Origin: Actinomycetota bacterium
GTDB taxonomy: Bacteria > Actinomycetota > Geothermincolia > Geothermincolales > RBG-13-55-18
Direction: 5' to 3'
DNA length: 64,000 nt
NCBI GenBank assembly: GCA_014360685.1
Contig: JACIXB010000016.1
Span: 253,586-317,585, forward strand
Below the pieces are notes generated by a model. That model saw only the letters and a program-made list of their open reading frames with translations. It ran no database searches and was not told the origin of the DNA. Below, one piece after another: positions 54,607 to 64,000 of the stretch (position 1 is the stretch's first letter; each line of letters begins with the position of its first letter). The translations under genes were made by a program, and so were the position numbers.

Positions 54607-56387
54607 GCGGCAACGGGAGGACCAAGCTGGTACTGGGCTACGGGACCTGCGGGATCGCCGCCGGGGCCGCCGCGGTCAAGGAGGCCCTGGAGAGGGAGGT
54701 CTCGGCGGGTGGCTACGACCTGGACCTGGACATCGCCGGCTGCATGGGGTTCTGCTTCCGGGAGCCCATCGTGGAGGTCTTCTATCCCGACGGTAAGTCG
54801 GTGGTCTACGGGGACCTTAACCCCAAGAAAGTCCCCCAACTCCTCCAGGCGGCCGCCTCCGGGGAGGTCCTGGAGGACTGGGTGGTGCGGCGCAGCGACG
54901 ATACCGCCGCCGGGGAGGGGGACTTCCTGGCTAACCAGCACCGCATCGTGCTGCGCAACTGCGGCAACATCAACCCGGAGAGCATCGACGAGTACATCGC
55001 GGTGGGAGGCTACGAGGCGGCGCGCAAGGCCCTGACCAACATGACCCCGGAGGAGGTCATCGACGAGGTGAGCAGGTCGGGGCTGCGGGGCCGAGGGGGA
55101 GCCGGCTTCCCCACCGGGACTAAGTGGGGTTTCGCCCGCAAGGCCAGGGGGGACCAGAAGTACCTGGTGTGCAACGCCGACGAGGGCGACCCGGGGGCCT
55201 TCATGGACCGTTCCGTCCTGGAGGGGGACCCGCACGCGGTCATCGAGGGCATGATCATCGCCGGGTATGCCATCGGGGCCACCCAGGGCTACATCTATTG
55301 CCGCGCGGAGTACCCCCTGGCCCTGAAACGCCTGGAGATCGCCATTACCGCTTGCCGGGAGCGCGGCTTCCTCGGGGAAAGGATATTCGGCACCGACTGG
55401 AACTTCGACATCAAGATCAAGAAGGGAGCCGGGGCCTTCGTTTGCGGGGAGGAGACGGCCCTCATCGCCAGCATCGAGGGCAAGCGGGGCATGCCCCGGC
55501 CGCGGCCTCCCTTCCCGGCCAACGAAGGCCTGTGGGGCAAGCCCACCAACATCAACAACGTGGAGACCCTGGCCGCCGTGTCCTGGATCATAGCCAACGG
55601 GGGCGACAAGTACGCGGAACTGGGCACGGAGAAGAGCAAGGGGACCAAGGTCTTCTGCTTGGCGGGCAAGGTGCGCCGCAGCGGCCTGGCCGAGGTCCCC
55701 ATGGGATACACCCTGCGCCAGGTCATCTTCGACGTGGGCGGGGGCGTGCGCGAGGGCAAGGAGTTCAAGGCCGTGCAGCTGGGAGGCCCTTCCGGGGGAT
55801 GCCTGCCCGCCAGCCTACTGGACACCCCGGTGGACTACGAGGCCATCACCGCCACCGGGGCCATCATGGGCTCGGGAGGGATGATCGTCGCCGATTCCTC
55901 CACCTGCATGGTGGACCTGGCCCGTTACTTCCTCTCCTTCACCCAGGCGGAGTCCTGCGGGAAGTGCGTCCCCTGCCGCCTGGGCACCAAGCGCATGCTG
56001 GAGATACTCACCCGCATCTGCGAGGGGAAGGGGGAACCGGAGGACCTGGAGAGGCTGGAGGTGCTGGCCGCGGACATAAAGGCGGCCAGCCTCTGTGCCC
56101 TGGGGGGGACGGCCCCCAACCCGGTGCTCACCACCCTCAAGTACTTCCGCAACGAGTACGAGGACCACATCTTCAATCGGAAATGCACGGCGGGGGTCTG
56201 TCCCGCCCTGATCACGGTGAAGATAAACCAGGATATTTGCACCGGGTGCGGCGCCTGCGCCAGGATCTGCCCGGTGGAGGCCATCTCGGGGGAGAAGAAG
56301 GAGCCCCATTCCATCGACCCCGATACGTGCATAAGGTGCAAGTTGTGCCTCAGCCGCTGCCCGGAAGAGGCCATTTACGCGGAATGA
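54603..56387 (+). CDS. NuoF-like NAD(P)H-binding flavoprotein subunit (HndC/FdsB-type) with N-terminal thioredoxin-like 2Fe-2S domain and C-terminal 2x[4Fe-4S]
   Basis: GGAGFPTGTKWGF NADH/FMN site, 4Fe-4S ESCGKCVPCRLG, C-terminal CTGCGACARICP and CIRCKLCLSRCP; the start overlaps the nuoE-like stop (ATGA). Confidence 0.85.
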   Translation: MSGNGRTKLVLGYGTCGIAAGAAAVKEALEREVSAGGYDLDLDIAGCMGFCFREPIVEVFYPDGKSVVYGDLNPKKVPQLLQAAASGEVLEDWVVRRSDDTAAGEGDFLANQHRIVLRNCGNINPESIDEYIAVGGYEAARKALTNMTPEEVIDEVSRSGLRGRGGAGFPTGTKWGFARKARGDQKYLVCNADEGDPGAFMDRSVLEGDPHAVIEGMIIAGYAIGATQGYIYCRAEYPLALKRLEIAITACRERGFLGERIFGTDWNFDIKIKKGAGAFVCGEETALIASIEGKRGMPRPRPPFPANEGLWGKPTNINNVETLAAVSWIIANGGDKYAELGTEKSKGTKVFCLAGKVRRSGLAEVPMGYTLRQVIFDVGGGVREGKEFKAVQLGGPSGGCLPASLLDTPVDYEAITATGAIMGSGGMIVADSSTCMVDLARYFLSFTQAESCGKCVPCRLGTKRMLEILTRICEGKGEPEDLERLEVLAADIKAASLCALGGTAPNPVLTTLKYFRNEYEDHIFNRKCTAGVCPALITVKINQDICTGCGACARICPVEAISGEKKEPHSIDPDTCIRCKLCLSRCPEEAIYAE

Positions 56388-56397
56388 GGAGGTCGGG

Positions 56398-59124
56398 ATG
56401 GAGCAGGTACGCTTGAACATCGACGGCGTGGACGTGGTCACCACCCCCGACCGCACCATCCTGGAGGCGGCGCGGGAAGCCGGGATACGCATCCCCAGCC
56501 TCTGCTACGACCAGCGCATGGACCCCTTTGGCGCCTGCCGCATCTGCATCGTGGAGGTGGAGGGAGCGCGGGGACTTCTGCCCGCCTGCGCCACCAGGGT
56601 CACCGACGGCATGGTGGTGCGCACGAACACCGAGGAACTGCGCCGCATCCGGCGCACCATCGTCGAGCTGCTCCTATCCGACCATCCCCGGGACTGCATG
56701 ACCTGCGAAAGCGCCGGGAATTGCGAGCTGCAGGACCTGGCCTACGAGTACGGGGTCAAGGAGACGCGCTTTCCCGGGGAGGAGCACCACTACGAGGCGC
56801 TGGCCGACAATCCCCTCATCGAGAGGGATTACACCAAGTGCGTCCTCTGCGGCCGCTGCATCCGCATCTGCCGCGAGGTGCAGGGGGTGGGGGTCTATGA
56901 TTTCGTGAACCGGGGCTTCGAGGCCGTTCCCGGCACCCCCTATAACCGCCCGCTGACCGAGACCCCCTGCGAGTTCTGCGGGCAGTGCGTGTCCACCTGC
57001 CCTACCGGGGCCATCATTTCCATACCCTCCAAGGGCAAGGGGAGGCCTTGGCAGGTGGAGAAAGTGCGCACCACCTGCCCCTACTGCGGGTGCGGATGCC
57101 AGATCGACCTGCACGTGCGGGACGGCGAGATCATCGAGGTCTCCTCCCCGGTGATGGTGGGACCGGGGCAGGGCAACCTGTGCGTCAAGGGCCGCTACGG
57201 TTACGCCTTCGTCCACCACCCGGACCGTCTTACCACCCCCCTGGTGAGGAAGGACGGGGAACTGGTCCCCGCCTCCTGGGAGGAAGCACTGGGTATGGTC
57301 GCCGAACGCATCCGGGGAGCCATGGACGACAAGGGCCCGGACGCGGTGGCCTTCCTCAGCTCGGCCCGCTGCACCAACGAGGAGAATTACCTGCTGCAGA
57401 AGCTGGCCCGCGCGGTGGTCGGCACCAACAACGTCGACCACTGCGCACGCTTATGACACAGCTCCACGGTCGCCGGTCTGGCGACGGCTTTCGGGAGCGG
57501 GGCCATGACCAACTCCATCGACGACCTGGAGAAGGCGGAGTGCATCCTGGTCATCGGCTCCAACACCACCGAGGGGCACCCCATCGTGGGCCTGCGCATC
57601 AAGAAGGCGGTGATGAAAAACGACTGCAGGCTCATCGTGGCCGAGCCCCGGCATATCCGCCTGTGCTACTACGCCGACCAGTGGCTGCGCCACCGGCCGG
57701 GCACCGACGTGGCCCTGCTCAACGGGATGATGAACGTGATCCTCTCCGAGGGACTGGCCGACGAGGAGTTCATCCGCGAGCGCACCGAGGGCTTCGAGGA
57801 GTTCCGGAAGGTCGTGGAGCAGTATCCGCCGGAGAGGGCGGCGGAGATATGCGGGGTGGAGGCGGAGGAAATCAGGCGCGCGGCGCGCACCTTCGCCCGG
57901 GCCTCCTCCGCGGCCATCGTCTACGCCATGGGCATAACCCAGCACACCACCGGGGTGGACAACGTCCTCTCCCTGGCCAACCTGGCCATGCTCACCGGGA
58001 ACCTGGGCAAGGAGGGCGCGGGAGTGAACCCGCTGCGGGGGCAGAACAACGTGCAGGGAGCCTGCGACATGGGAGCCCTGCCCAACGTCTTCACCGGCTA
58101 CCAGCCCGTGTCCGACCCCCAGGTCAGGAAGAAGTTCGAGAAGGCCTGGGGCGTGGATTACCTTCCCGGCAACCCGGGCCTGACCATCATGGAGATGGTG
58201 GACGCCGTACTGCGCGGCGAGGTGAAAGTGCTCTACATCATGGGGGAGAATCCGCTCCTCTCCGACCCGGATATCAGGCACCTGAAAGAGGCCCTGGAGA
58301 AGGTGGACTTCCTGGTGGTCCAGGACATCTTCCTCACTGAGACGGCGCGTTACGCCGACGTGGTGCTCCCCGCCGCCTCCTTCGCCGAGAAGGAGGGCAC
58401 CTTCACCAACACCGACCGCCGCGTGCAGAGGGTGCGCAAGGCGGTGGAGCCGCCCGGGGAGGCCAGGGAGGATTCCTGGATCATCGCCCAGGTGGCCTCC
58501 AGGCTGGGATACGAGATGGGGGACGTGTCCGCTCCGGCGGTTATGGAAGAGATTGCCAGCCTGACCCCTTCCTATGCCGGGATCTCCTACCGCCGGCTGG
58601 AGGAGCTGGGCGAGCTGCGCTGGCCCTGCCCCTCTCCCGACCATCCCGGTACCCCCATTCTCCATGTGGATAAATTTACCAGGGGAAAGGGGAGGTTCAG
58701 CCCGGTGGAGTACAAGCCCCCGGCCGAGGAACCGGACGCCGATTATCCGCTGGTCCTCACCACGGGGCGGTTGCTACACCACTACCATACCGGCTCCATG
58801 ACCCGTCGAGTAAAGCCGCTGAACGAGCTGGTTCCCGAGAACCGGGTATGGATGAACCCCGAGGACGCGAAGAGGCTGGGGGTGGCCGCCGGGGAGGAGG
58901 TGGCCGTGGAATCCAGGCGGGGAGCCATAAGGGTCAGGGCCCGGGTGACCGAGAAGGTGCCCCCGGGCGTGGTTTTCATTCCCTTCCACTTCGGGGAGTC
59001 CCCGGCCAACGCCCTGACCAATCCGGCCCTGGATCCCGTGGCCAAGATCCCGGAATACAAGGTGGCCTCCGTGCGCATCGTGACCGGGGAGGCCATGGAG
59101 AGCCTGGAATACGTCACCGTTTGA
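56398..59124 (+). CDS. fdhA: Selenocysteine-containing formate dehydrogenase alpha subunit (NuoG-like N-terminal 2Fe-2S/4Fe-4S domains plus molybdopterin domain); the in-frame UGA at 57454-57456 is read as Sec
   Basis: The two track ORFs (56398-57456 and 57505-59124) share one frame and are separated only by a TGA; local sequence [30 protein letters not shown] matches the conserved FDH Sec/Cys active-site context; SECIS-like hairpin follows. Confidence 0.85.
57460..57498 (+). promoter_or_regulatory. Bacterial SECIS-like element: lower stem GCUCC/GGAGC, upper stem GUCGCC/GGCGAC, apical loop GGUCU, beginning 4 nt after the UGA
   Basis: Read directly; the apical loop sequence matches, as far as I recall, the GGUC-containing loop of the E. 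coli fdhF SECIS. Confidence 0.6.
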
Positions 59125-59287
59125 TGCTCCGGAGGAAAGAAAGAGGGGCCGGTCATGCGTTTATCCCCAACGGATTGGGTGATAGAATAATAGCCGACCG
59201 TGGCGCCAAGCGACGGGGAGCGGCGTTTCGGAAAGCGAAGTTCCGAAAGGGGTCTCCAGGATTGGGTAGAGACGGGAGAGATGAAAC

Positions 59288-60799
59288 ATGAATCTATACC
59301 AGAATCTCGTGAGGACGACGGAGCGCGATCCCGACGCTACGGCCCTCTACTTCGGGCACGAGACCATCACCTATGGTGAACTTCTGTCCCGGGTCAATCG
59401 GCTGGCCAACGCCCTTCGCGAGCTGGGAATAGGGGGGGATTCCAAGGTGGCCATCCTCCTGCGCAACGTACCCGAGTTCGTCATCTCCTACTACGCCACG
59501 CTGGCCCTGGGTGCGGTGGTGGTGCCCCTGTGCTACATGTGCCTGGCCGAGGAAGTGGAGAAGATCGTCTGTGATTCCAAGGTGGAGACCCTGATCACCA
59601 ATTTCGAGTTCAACGATATGGTCAAGGAGTTGCAGGGATCCATGTGCTCGCAGATCAGCCGCATCATCGTCAGCGAGGCACCGGAGCTTGAGGGGGTAAT
59701 CCAGTACGAGAAACTCCTGGAGAGCGGTTCCGACCGCCTGGAGGGCGTGGACCGCTCCGAGGACGACGTGGCCGCCCTCCTCTACGCCCCCACCTCCTCC
59801 AAGGTGGTCCGGGGGTGCATGCTCACCCACGGCAATCTTGTCTGGAACGCGTCAACGGTGGCCAAACTTTGCAAACTGACAACCCAAGACGTAGTGATGG
59901 GTGTATTATCCTTTTTCGCCGCCTACGGCCAGAGCTGCGTGATGAACGCCTCCATCTACGCGGGGTGCAGTATCGTCCTTCACGAGTCCTTCATCCCCGG
60001 GGAGGTACTCAAGTCCCTCCAGCACGAGCAGGTCACCGTGTTTATGGGCGTCCCCACCATGTACGTCTACATCCTCAACCATCCCCTCATCTACCAGTAC
60101 GACTTGGGCTCGGTGAGGTTGTGGATCTGTGGCGGCGCTCCTTTTCCGCGCGAAGTCATGGAGCGCTGGAATAATGAGCTGGGAGCCCGCATCTACGAGG
60201 GTTACGGGCTGACCGAGGCTGCCCCGCTGGTAACCATGCAGCCCCTGGAAGGAACCTACAAGATAGGCTCCATAGGTGTTCCACCGGAGGACGTGGAGGT
60301 CAAGGTGGTGGACGAGGAGGGGAAGGAGCTGGAGAGGGGAGAGGTGGGAGAGCTCATCGTCCGCGGCCCCAACGTGATGAAGGGCTATTACAACAAGCCG
60401 GAGGAGACGGCCAAGGTCCTCAAGGACGGCTGGTTGTACACCGGGGACATGGTGTATATGGACAGCGACGGTTACCTGTTCATCGTGGGACGCAAGAAGG
60501 ACCTCATCATCCGGGGAGGCTTTAACATCTATCCACGGGAGATCGAGGAGATCCTGGTGTCCCATCCCCTCATCTCCGAGGCCGCGGTGGTGGGGGTGCC
60601 CAACAAGTACCTGGGCGAGGAGGTCAAGGCCTACGTAAAGCTCAAGCCCGGGTCCAGCCTCACCGAGGAACAGGTCCTCGAATACTGCGAAGAGAAACTG
60701 CCCTATTACAAGACCCCCAAGTTCGTGGTCTTCGTCAATTCCTTCAAGAAGGACCCCTCGGGACAGATCCTCAAGGACCTCATCGAGGAGGAGGGCTGA
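59288..60799 (+). CDS. AMP-dependent synthetase/ligase (long-chain fatty-acid--CoA-ligase family)
   Basis: AMP-binding motif ALLYAPTSSKVVRGCMLTHGN, GYGLTEAAP, YTGDMVYMDSDGYLFIVGRKKDLIIRGGFNIYPREIE. Confidence 0.8.
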   Translation: MNLYQNLVRTTERDPDATALYFGHETITYGELLSRVNRLANALRELGIGGDSKVAILLRNVPEFVISYYATLALGAVVVPLCYMCLAEEVEKIVCDSKVETLITNFEFNDMVKELQGSMCSQISRIIVSEAPELEGVIQYEKLLESGSDRLEGVDRSEDDVAALLYAPTSSKVVRGCMLTHGNLVWNASTVAKLCKLTTQDVVMGVLSFFAAYGQSCVMNASIYAGCSIVLHESFIPGEVLKSLQHEQVTVFMGVPTMYVYILNHPLIYQYDLGSVRLWICGGAPFPREVMERWNNELGARIYEGYGLTEAAPLVTMQPLEGTYKIGSIGVPPEDVEVKVVDEEGKELERGEVGELIVRGPNVMKGYYNKPEETAKVLKDGWLYTGDMVYMDSDGYLFIVGRKKDLIIRGGFNIYPREIEEILVSHPLISEAAVVGVPNKYLGEEVKAYVKLKPGSSLTEEQVLEYCEEKLPYYKTPKFVVFVNSFKKDPSGQILKDLIEEEG

Positions 60800-60890
60800 A
60801 AAAACGCCGCGGGGATAGGCGGATAGCCCCTCCGTAAATCGCCGGGGAGTTCGAGGCCTCTTCCAGTTCACGCCGGCAGCGGCGAAGGCC

Positions 60891-61571
60891 TTGAAGAGCT
60901 TCCCGGAAGGACTTCCAGTGGATACCGTGTATAATTGGGGCATGCAAGGCTCCCTTGTCGACCGGGTGCTGGATTTTTTCATGCCCCTCTTCTCCTACTG
61001 GGGTTACGCCATCGTCTTCGGAGGGGTGTTTCTGGAGAGCCTCTTTCTCACCGGGTGGATCGCTCCCGGCACCACGGTACTGCTCCTGGCCGGGTTCTAC
61101 GCCGCTCACGGAGAATTAAATCCCCTCATGGTCACCACCACCGCCGTGGTGGCCGCCCTGCTGGGTGACCTGATAGGCTTCTTCATCGGGCGCCGCCTGG
61201 GACGGGGCCTCATATCCAGGTACCGGGACCGGCCCCGGATAATGCGGGGCATGGACAGGGGCCAGAGGTATTTCCGCCGCTATGGGGGCCTGACCGTTAT
61301 CCTGGGCAGGATGCTCTCCGGGGTGGACGCCTTCATCCCGGTCACCGCGGGCATCAACCGGATGTCCCTCGGAGCCTACCTGGGTTTCGATATACCGGGC
61401 ATCGTCCTCTGGAGCGCCCTCTTCACCTGCCTGGGATATTTCCTGGGAACCCAATGGAGGACCATAGACCGCATCTTTGACGCCCTGGGCTGGGGCCTCC
61501 TGGTACTCCTGGCCGCGGTCGCCGCCGCCTGGTACCTGGCCTGGAGGAGGAAGGTCCGCCGCACGGCCTGA
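60891..61571 (+). CDS. DedA/SNARE-associated family membrane protein
   Basis: GYAIVFGGVFLESLFLTGWIAPG and GRML...IPVTAGI motifs; the start may be the internal Met at about 60942. Confidence 0.7.
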   Translation: MKSFPEGLPVDTVYNWGMQGSLVDRVLDFFMPLFSYWGYAIVFGGVFLESLFLTGWIAPGTTVLLLAGFYAAHGELNPLMVTTTAVVAALLGDLIGFFIGRRLGRGLISRYRDRPRIMRGMDRGQRYFRRYGGLTVILGRMLSGVDAFIPVTAGINRMSLGAYLGFDIPGIVLWSALFTCLGYFLGTQWRTIDRIFDALGWGLLVLLAAVAAAWYLAWRRKVRRTA

Positions 61572-61935
61572 CTCCCCCGGAATCGCTTCGCTCCTGGACG
61601 TATCCAGACGGCGCCTTGCCGTAGGCATCACCGCCATCTGCCGGCGGAAGGCGAGGGGAAGGCGGCGGCGCGCGTCCAGGGAGGGTCCACTCCCCGGGGA
61701 TACCTCTTCCACCGCGGGGAGAGGCGGGATACCGCATCGTTTCCGCGGGCACTTCACGGTTGAAAGGGAAGGAGGACCATCATCTCCTCGCGGCTGAAGG
61801 GGAAGAAAGCGAGGGAGCGGGGGGGCGACTCCGGACAGTTTTGCGAAGAGGTGGAGCCCATGTTAAAATACCGCCAATTTTAGGCGCCTCAGCGGGTGTC
61901 GATCCAGGTTTCGGGTACACATCGGGAGCAGGGAA

Positions 61936-62454
61936 TTGACCAGCGGTCGCGCATTCGGGAGCAAGCTGCTACTCTTCTTTCTCCTCCTCGTCTTCTGGGT
62001 CGTCCTCACCGCATCCCTGGCCCTGCACGAGCTGGTCATGGGCGCGGTGTGTGCGGCCTTCGTGGTGACCCTTACCGTCGCCCTGCTGGGCCGCGCCCTG
62101 GATCCCCGCATCACGCCGGGGGTTCTCCTGCGTCTCCCGGTCTTCATGGTCAGGCTGGTATGGGAGATCATCAAGGCCAACCTCAACGTGGCGGGCATCA
62201 TCCTCCACCCCCGTCTTCCCGTGGACCCCAGGATCGTGGAGTACCGCACCTATCTTCCGGGGGATCTTCCCCGCACGGTGTTCTCCGACTCCATCACCCT
62301 CACCCCGGGAACGGTGACCGTGGAGTTGAAGGGTGACGTGCTCAACGTCCACTGCCTGTGCCCCTACCACGAGGATGGACTCCCCGGGCTGGAGAGGCTG
62401 GTGGCCTGGCTCTTCGGAGTCAAGCCCCCCGGGGAGGTGAAAGGCGATGGATAA
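61936..62454 (+). CDS. mrpE: Mrp/Mnh cation-proton antiporter subunit E-like (MbhA-like)
   Basis: Two N-terminal TM helices plus conserved MVRLVWEIIKANLNVAGIIL segment. Confidence 0.7.
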   Translation: MTSGRAFGSKLLLFFLLLVFWVVLTASLALHELVMGAVCAAFVVTLTVALLGRALDPRITPGVLLRLPVFMVRLVWEIIKANLNVAGIILHPRLPVDPRIVEYRTYLPGDLPRTVFSDSITLTPGTVTVELKGDVLNVHCLCPYHEDGLPGLERLVAWLFGVKPPGEVKGDG

Positions 62455-62719
62455 GTTCCTCACCGCCGTGGCCCTGGTCATCGGCCTAAACGCCGTCATC
62501 TGCCTTTACCGGGCGGCGGTGGGGCCGACCACCCAGGACCGGGTGCTGGGGGTGAACATCGTGGGCACCAAAACCCTGGTGGTGGTCATCCTGGTAACCT
62601 ACATCCTGGCCGAGAACTACTTCCTGGACGTGGCCATCGTCTACGCCCTCCTGCTCTTCGTGGTCACCGTGGCCCTGTGCCGCTACCTGGAGGCGGAAGG
62701 CTGGAAGGAGGTGCGCTGA
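62447..62719 (+). CDS. mrpF: Mrp/Mnh subunit F-like (MbhB-like)
   Basis: 90-aa three-helix protein: AVALVIGLNAVICLYRAAVGPTTQDRVLGVNIVGTK. Confidence 0.7.
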   Translation: MDKFLTAVALVIGLNAVICLYRAAVGPTTQDRVLGVNIVGTKTLVVVILVTYILAENYFLDVAIVYALLLFVVTVALCRYLEAEGWKEVR

Positions 62720-63048
62720 TGGCTGCCAGGGATATCGTGGCCGCGGTCTTCTGCTGCATCGGGACCTTCTTCTTCATCATCGGGACCACGGGGCTCATCC
62801 GCATGCCCGACCTCTTCACCCGCCTGCACCCCTCCACCAAGTGCGACACCCTGGGGGCCTGCTCGGTGATCCTGGGCATGGCGGTGCACAACGGGTGGTC
62901 CTGGGACCTCCTGAAGTTGGTGTTCATCATGTGTTTCCTGCTCCTTTCCAGCGCCACATGCGGACACGCCATCGGCCGCTCCGCGCTGCGCCGGAACATA
63001 CCCTATTGGAAGAAAAAGGAAGAGACGGAAGATGGGCACGGCGCTTAA
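62719..63048 (+). CDS. mrpG: Mrp/Mnh subunit G-like (MbhC-like)
   Basis: FCCIGTFFFIIGTTGLIRMPDLFTRLHPSTKCDTLG matches the MnhG family; the ATG overlaps the mrpF stop. Confidence 0.7.
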   Translation: MAARDIVAAVFCCIGTFFFIIGTTGLIRMPDLFTRLHPSTKCDTLGACSVILGMAVHNGWSWDLLKLVFIMCFLLLSSATCGHAIGRSALRRNIPYWKKKEETEDGHGA

Positions 63049-63277
63049 CCTGGTACTCATCCTCCTCCTCCTGGCCACCGCCCTCCTGGCGGTCAACGCC
63101 CGGGACCTATTGGCGGCGGTGATCATCTTCTCGGTGTACAGCCTGATCATGGCCCTCATGTGGCAGAGGCTGCAGGCGCCTGACCTGGCCCTCACCGAGG
63201 CGGCGGTGGGAGCGGGGGTGACCACCGTCCTCTTCGTCATCACCATCTTTAAGACCCGAAGGAGGGAGGAGGAATGA
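63032..63277 (+). CDS. DUF4040 small membrane protein (N-terminal part of a split MrpB; MbhD-like)
   Basis: 81 aa, three hydrophobic helices; its stop overlaps the next start (ATGA). Confidence 0.55.
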   Translation: MGTALNLVLILLLLATALLAVNARDLLAAVIIFSVYSLIMALMWQRLQAPDLALTEAAVGAGVTTVLFVITIFKTRRREEE

Positions 63278-64000
63278 AGAAGGTCGTGGCCCTCCTCTTC
63301 ATCGTCGCCCTGGCCGTGCTCCTCCTCTACGTGGTGGCCAACATGCCGCCCATGGGGGACCCGGAGAACCCCACCGCCACCCACGTCATCTCCCGCTACC
63401 TGGAGAGGGCGGAGGAGGAGACCCACACCGAGAACGTGGTAACCGGGGTGATCCTCAATTACCGCGGCTACGACACCATGGGGGAGGTGACGGTCATCTT
63501 CTGTGCCCTGGCGGGAGTGCTGGCTGTACTGGGGAGGGAGAGGAGAGGTGTCATCCACGCCTTCGTGGACCGCTCGGAGGTGCCCTCCTCGGTCATCGTG
63601 AAGACCATGGTGCGCTTCGTGGTCCCCTTCATCATCCTCTTCTCCGTGTACACCATCCTCCACGGCGAGACCTCGCCGGGGGGCGGGTTCCAGGGTGGGG
63701 CCATCATCGGGGGGAGCATGATCATCTTCACCACCATCTTCGGGCTCTACGAGTCCTCGCGGAGGATACCTCTCAAGGTGCGGGCCTCCCTGGAGGGCGC
63801 GGCGGTGATGGGCTTCTTCCTGGTGGGGGCGCTGGGACTTCTGGGCGGAGGGAATTTCCTCACCTATGCCTGGCCCCGGGTGGCCCGCAGCCTGCAGCCC
63901 TCGCTGGTGGTCTGGCTCACCGTGCTGGTGGAGGTGGGCGTCGGCCTTGGAGGGGCCATGGTTCTCATCTCCATCCTCTTTGCCATGATAAGGGAGGAGG
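63274..64000 (+). CDS. MnhB-domain protein (MrpB C-terminal part; MbhE-like), 3' end truncated by the window
   Basis: NVVTGVILNYRGYDTMGEVTVIFCALAGVLAV MnhB signature; no stop before position 64000. Confidence 0.6.
   Translation, partial: MKKVVALLFIVALAVLLLYVVANMPPMGDPENPTATHVISRYLERAEEETHTENVVTGVILNYRGYDTMGEVTVIFCALAGVLAVLGRERRGVIHAFVDRSEVPSSVIVKTMVRFVVPFIILFSVYTILHGETSPGGGFQGGAIIGGSMIIFTTIFGLYESSRRIPLKVRASLEGAAVMGFFLVGALGLLGGGNFLTYAWPRVARSLQPSLVVWLTVLVEVGVGLGGAMVLISILFAMIREE

Noticed and set aside
56398-59124. Track presents the FDH alpha subunit as two separate ORFs (56398-57456 and 57505-59124)
   Set aside because: Same frame, separated only by a TGA at the canonical Sec position and followed by a SECIS-like hairpin. 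Treated as one selenoprotein gene rather than two genes or a pseudogene.

Overview
High-GC (~65-70%) bacterial chromosomal segment, most likely from an anaerobic acetogen-type organism (possibly actinobacterial or Chloroflexi-like). Long overlapping antisense ORFs in the six-frame track are treated as high-GC artefacts. No rRNA, tRNA, CRISPR array or obvious mobile element was found. The window holds several functional modules.

(1) 28-8810: an orphan glycyl-radical-enzyme (GRE) locus. It comprises a B12-binding radical SAM protein, an acyl-CoA dehydrogenase, the GRE, its activating enzyme with extra ferredoxin domains, a tandem PNPOx-like flavoprotein, and a convergent FAD oxidoreductase.

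(2) 10512-16516: a complete rnfCDGEAB operon on the minus strand. An rseC-like gene lies divergent from it, across an unusually AT-rich palindromic promoter region.

(3) 16555-19502: a type IV pilin-like gene co-oriented with a degenerate-GGDEF membrane protein, followed by DUF2752 and DUF4234 membrane proteins.

(4) 19520-23091: an ECF-type transporter in which the S-component (Gx/Hpre_diP_synt_I-like) is fused to EcfA1. EcfA2 and EcfT follow it, and a NusG-domain-II protein precedes it.

(5) 23328-31644: a convergent pair of operons with methyltransferase, hexapeptide acetyltransferase and GalT-like HIT enzyme on one strand. The other strand carries a methyltransferase, GH57, a GT4 glucosyltransferase and an acyl-CoA synthetase alpha-like protein. 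Gene content and order resemble the mycobacterial methylglucose-lipopolysaccharide (MGLP) locus.

(6) 36120-59124: an essentially complete, contiguous Wood-Ljungdahl cluster. It comprises fhs, RACo/acsV, cooC, fchA, folD, acsD, acsA (Ni-CODH), acsB (ACS), acsC, metV, metF, a core-MetE-like methyltransferase, lipA, acsE, and nuoE-like and nuoF-like genes. It ends with a selenocysteine formate dehydrogenase alpha subunit that has an in-frame UGA and a SECIS hairpin.

(7) 61936-64000: the start of an Mrp/Mbh-type membrane module (mrpE, F, G, then a split MrpB) running off the window.

The main novelty candidates are the core-MetE plus lipA insertion inside the acs operon, the orphan GRE locus, the MGLP-like cluster in a Wood-Ljungdahl organism, the S-component::EcfA1 fusion with a NusG_II partner, and a pair of 32-nt direct repeats in a gene-free stretch.
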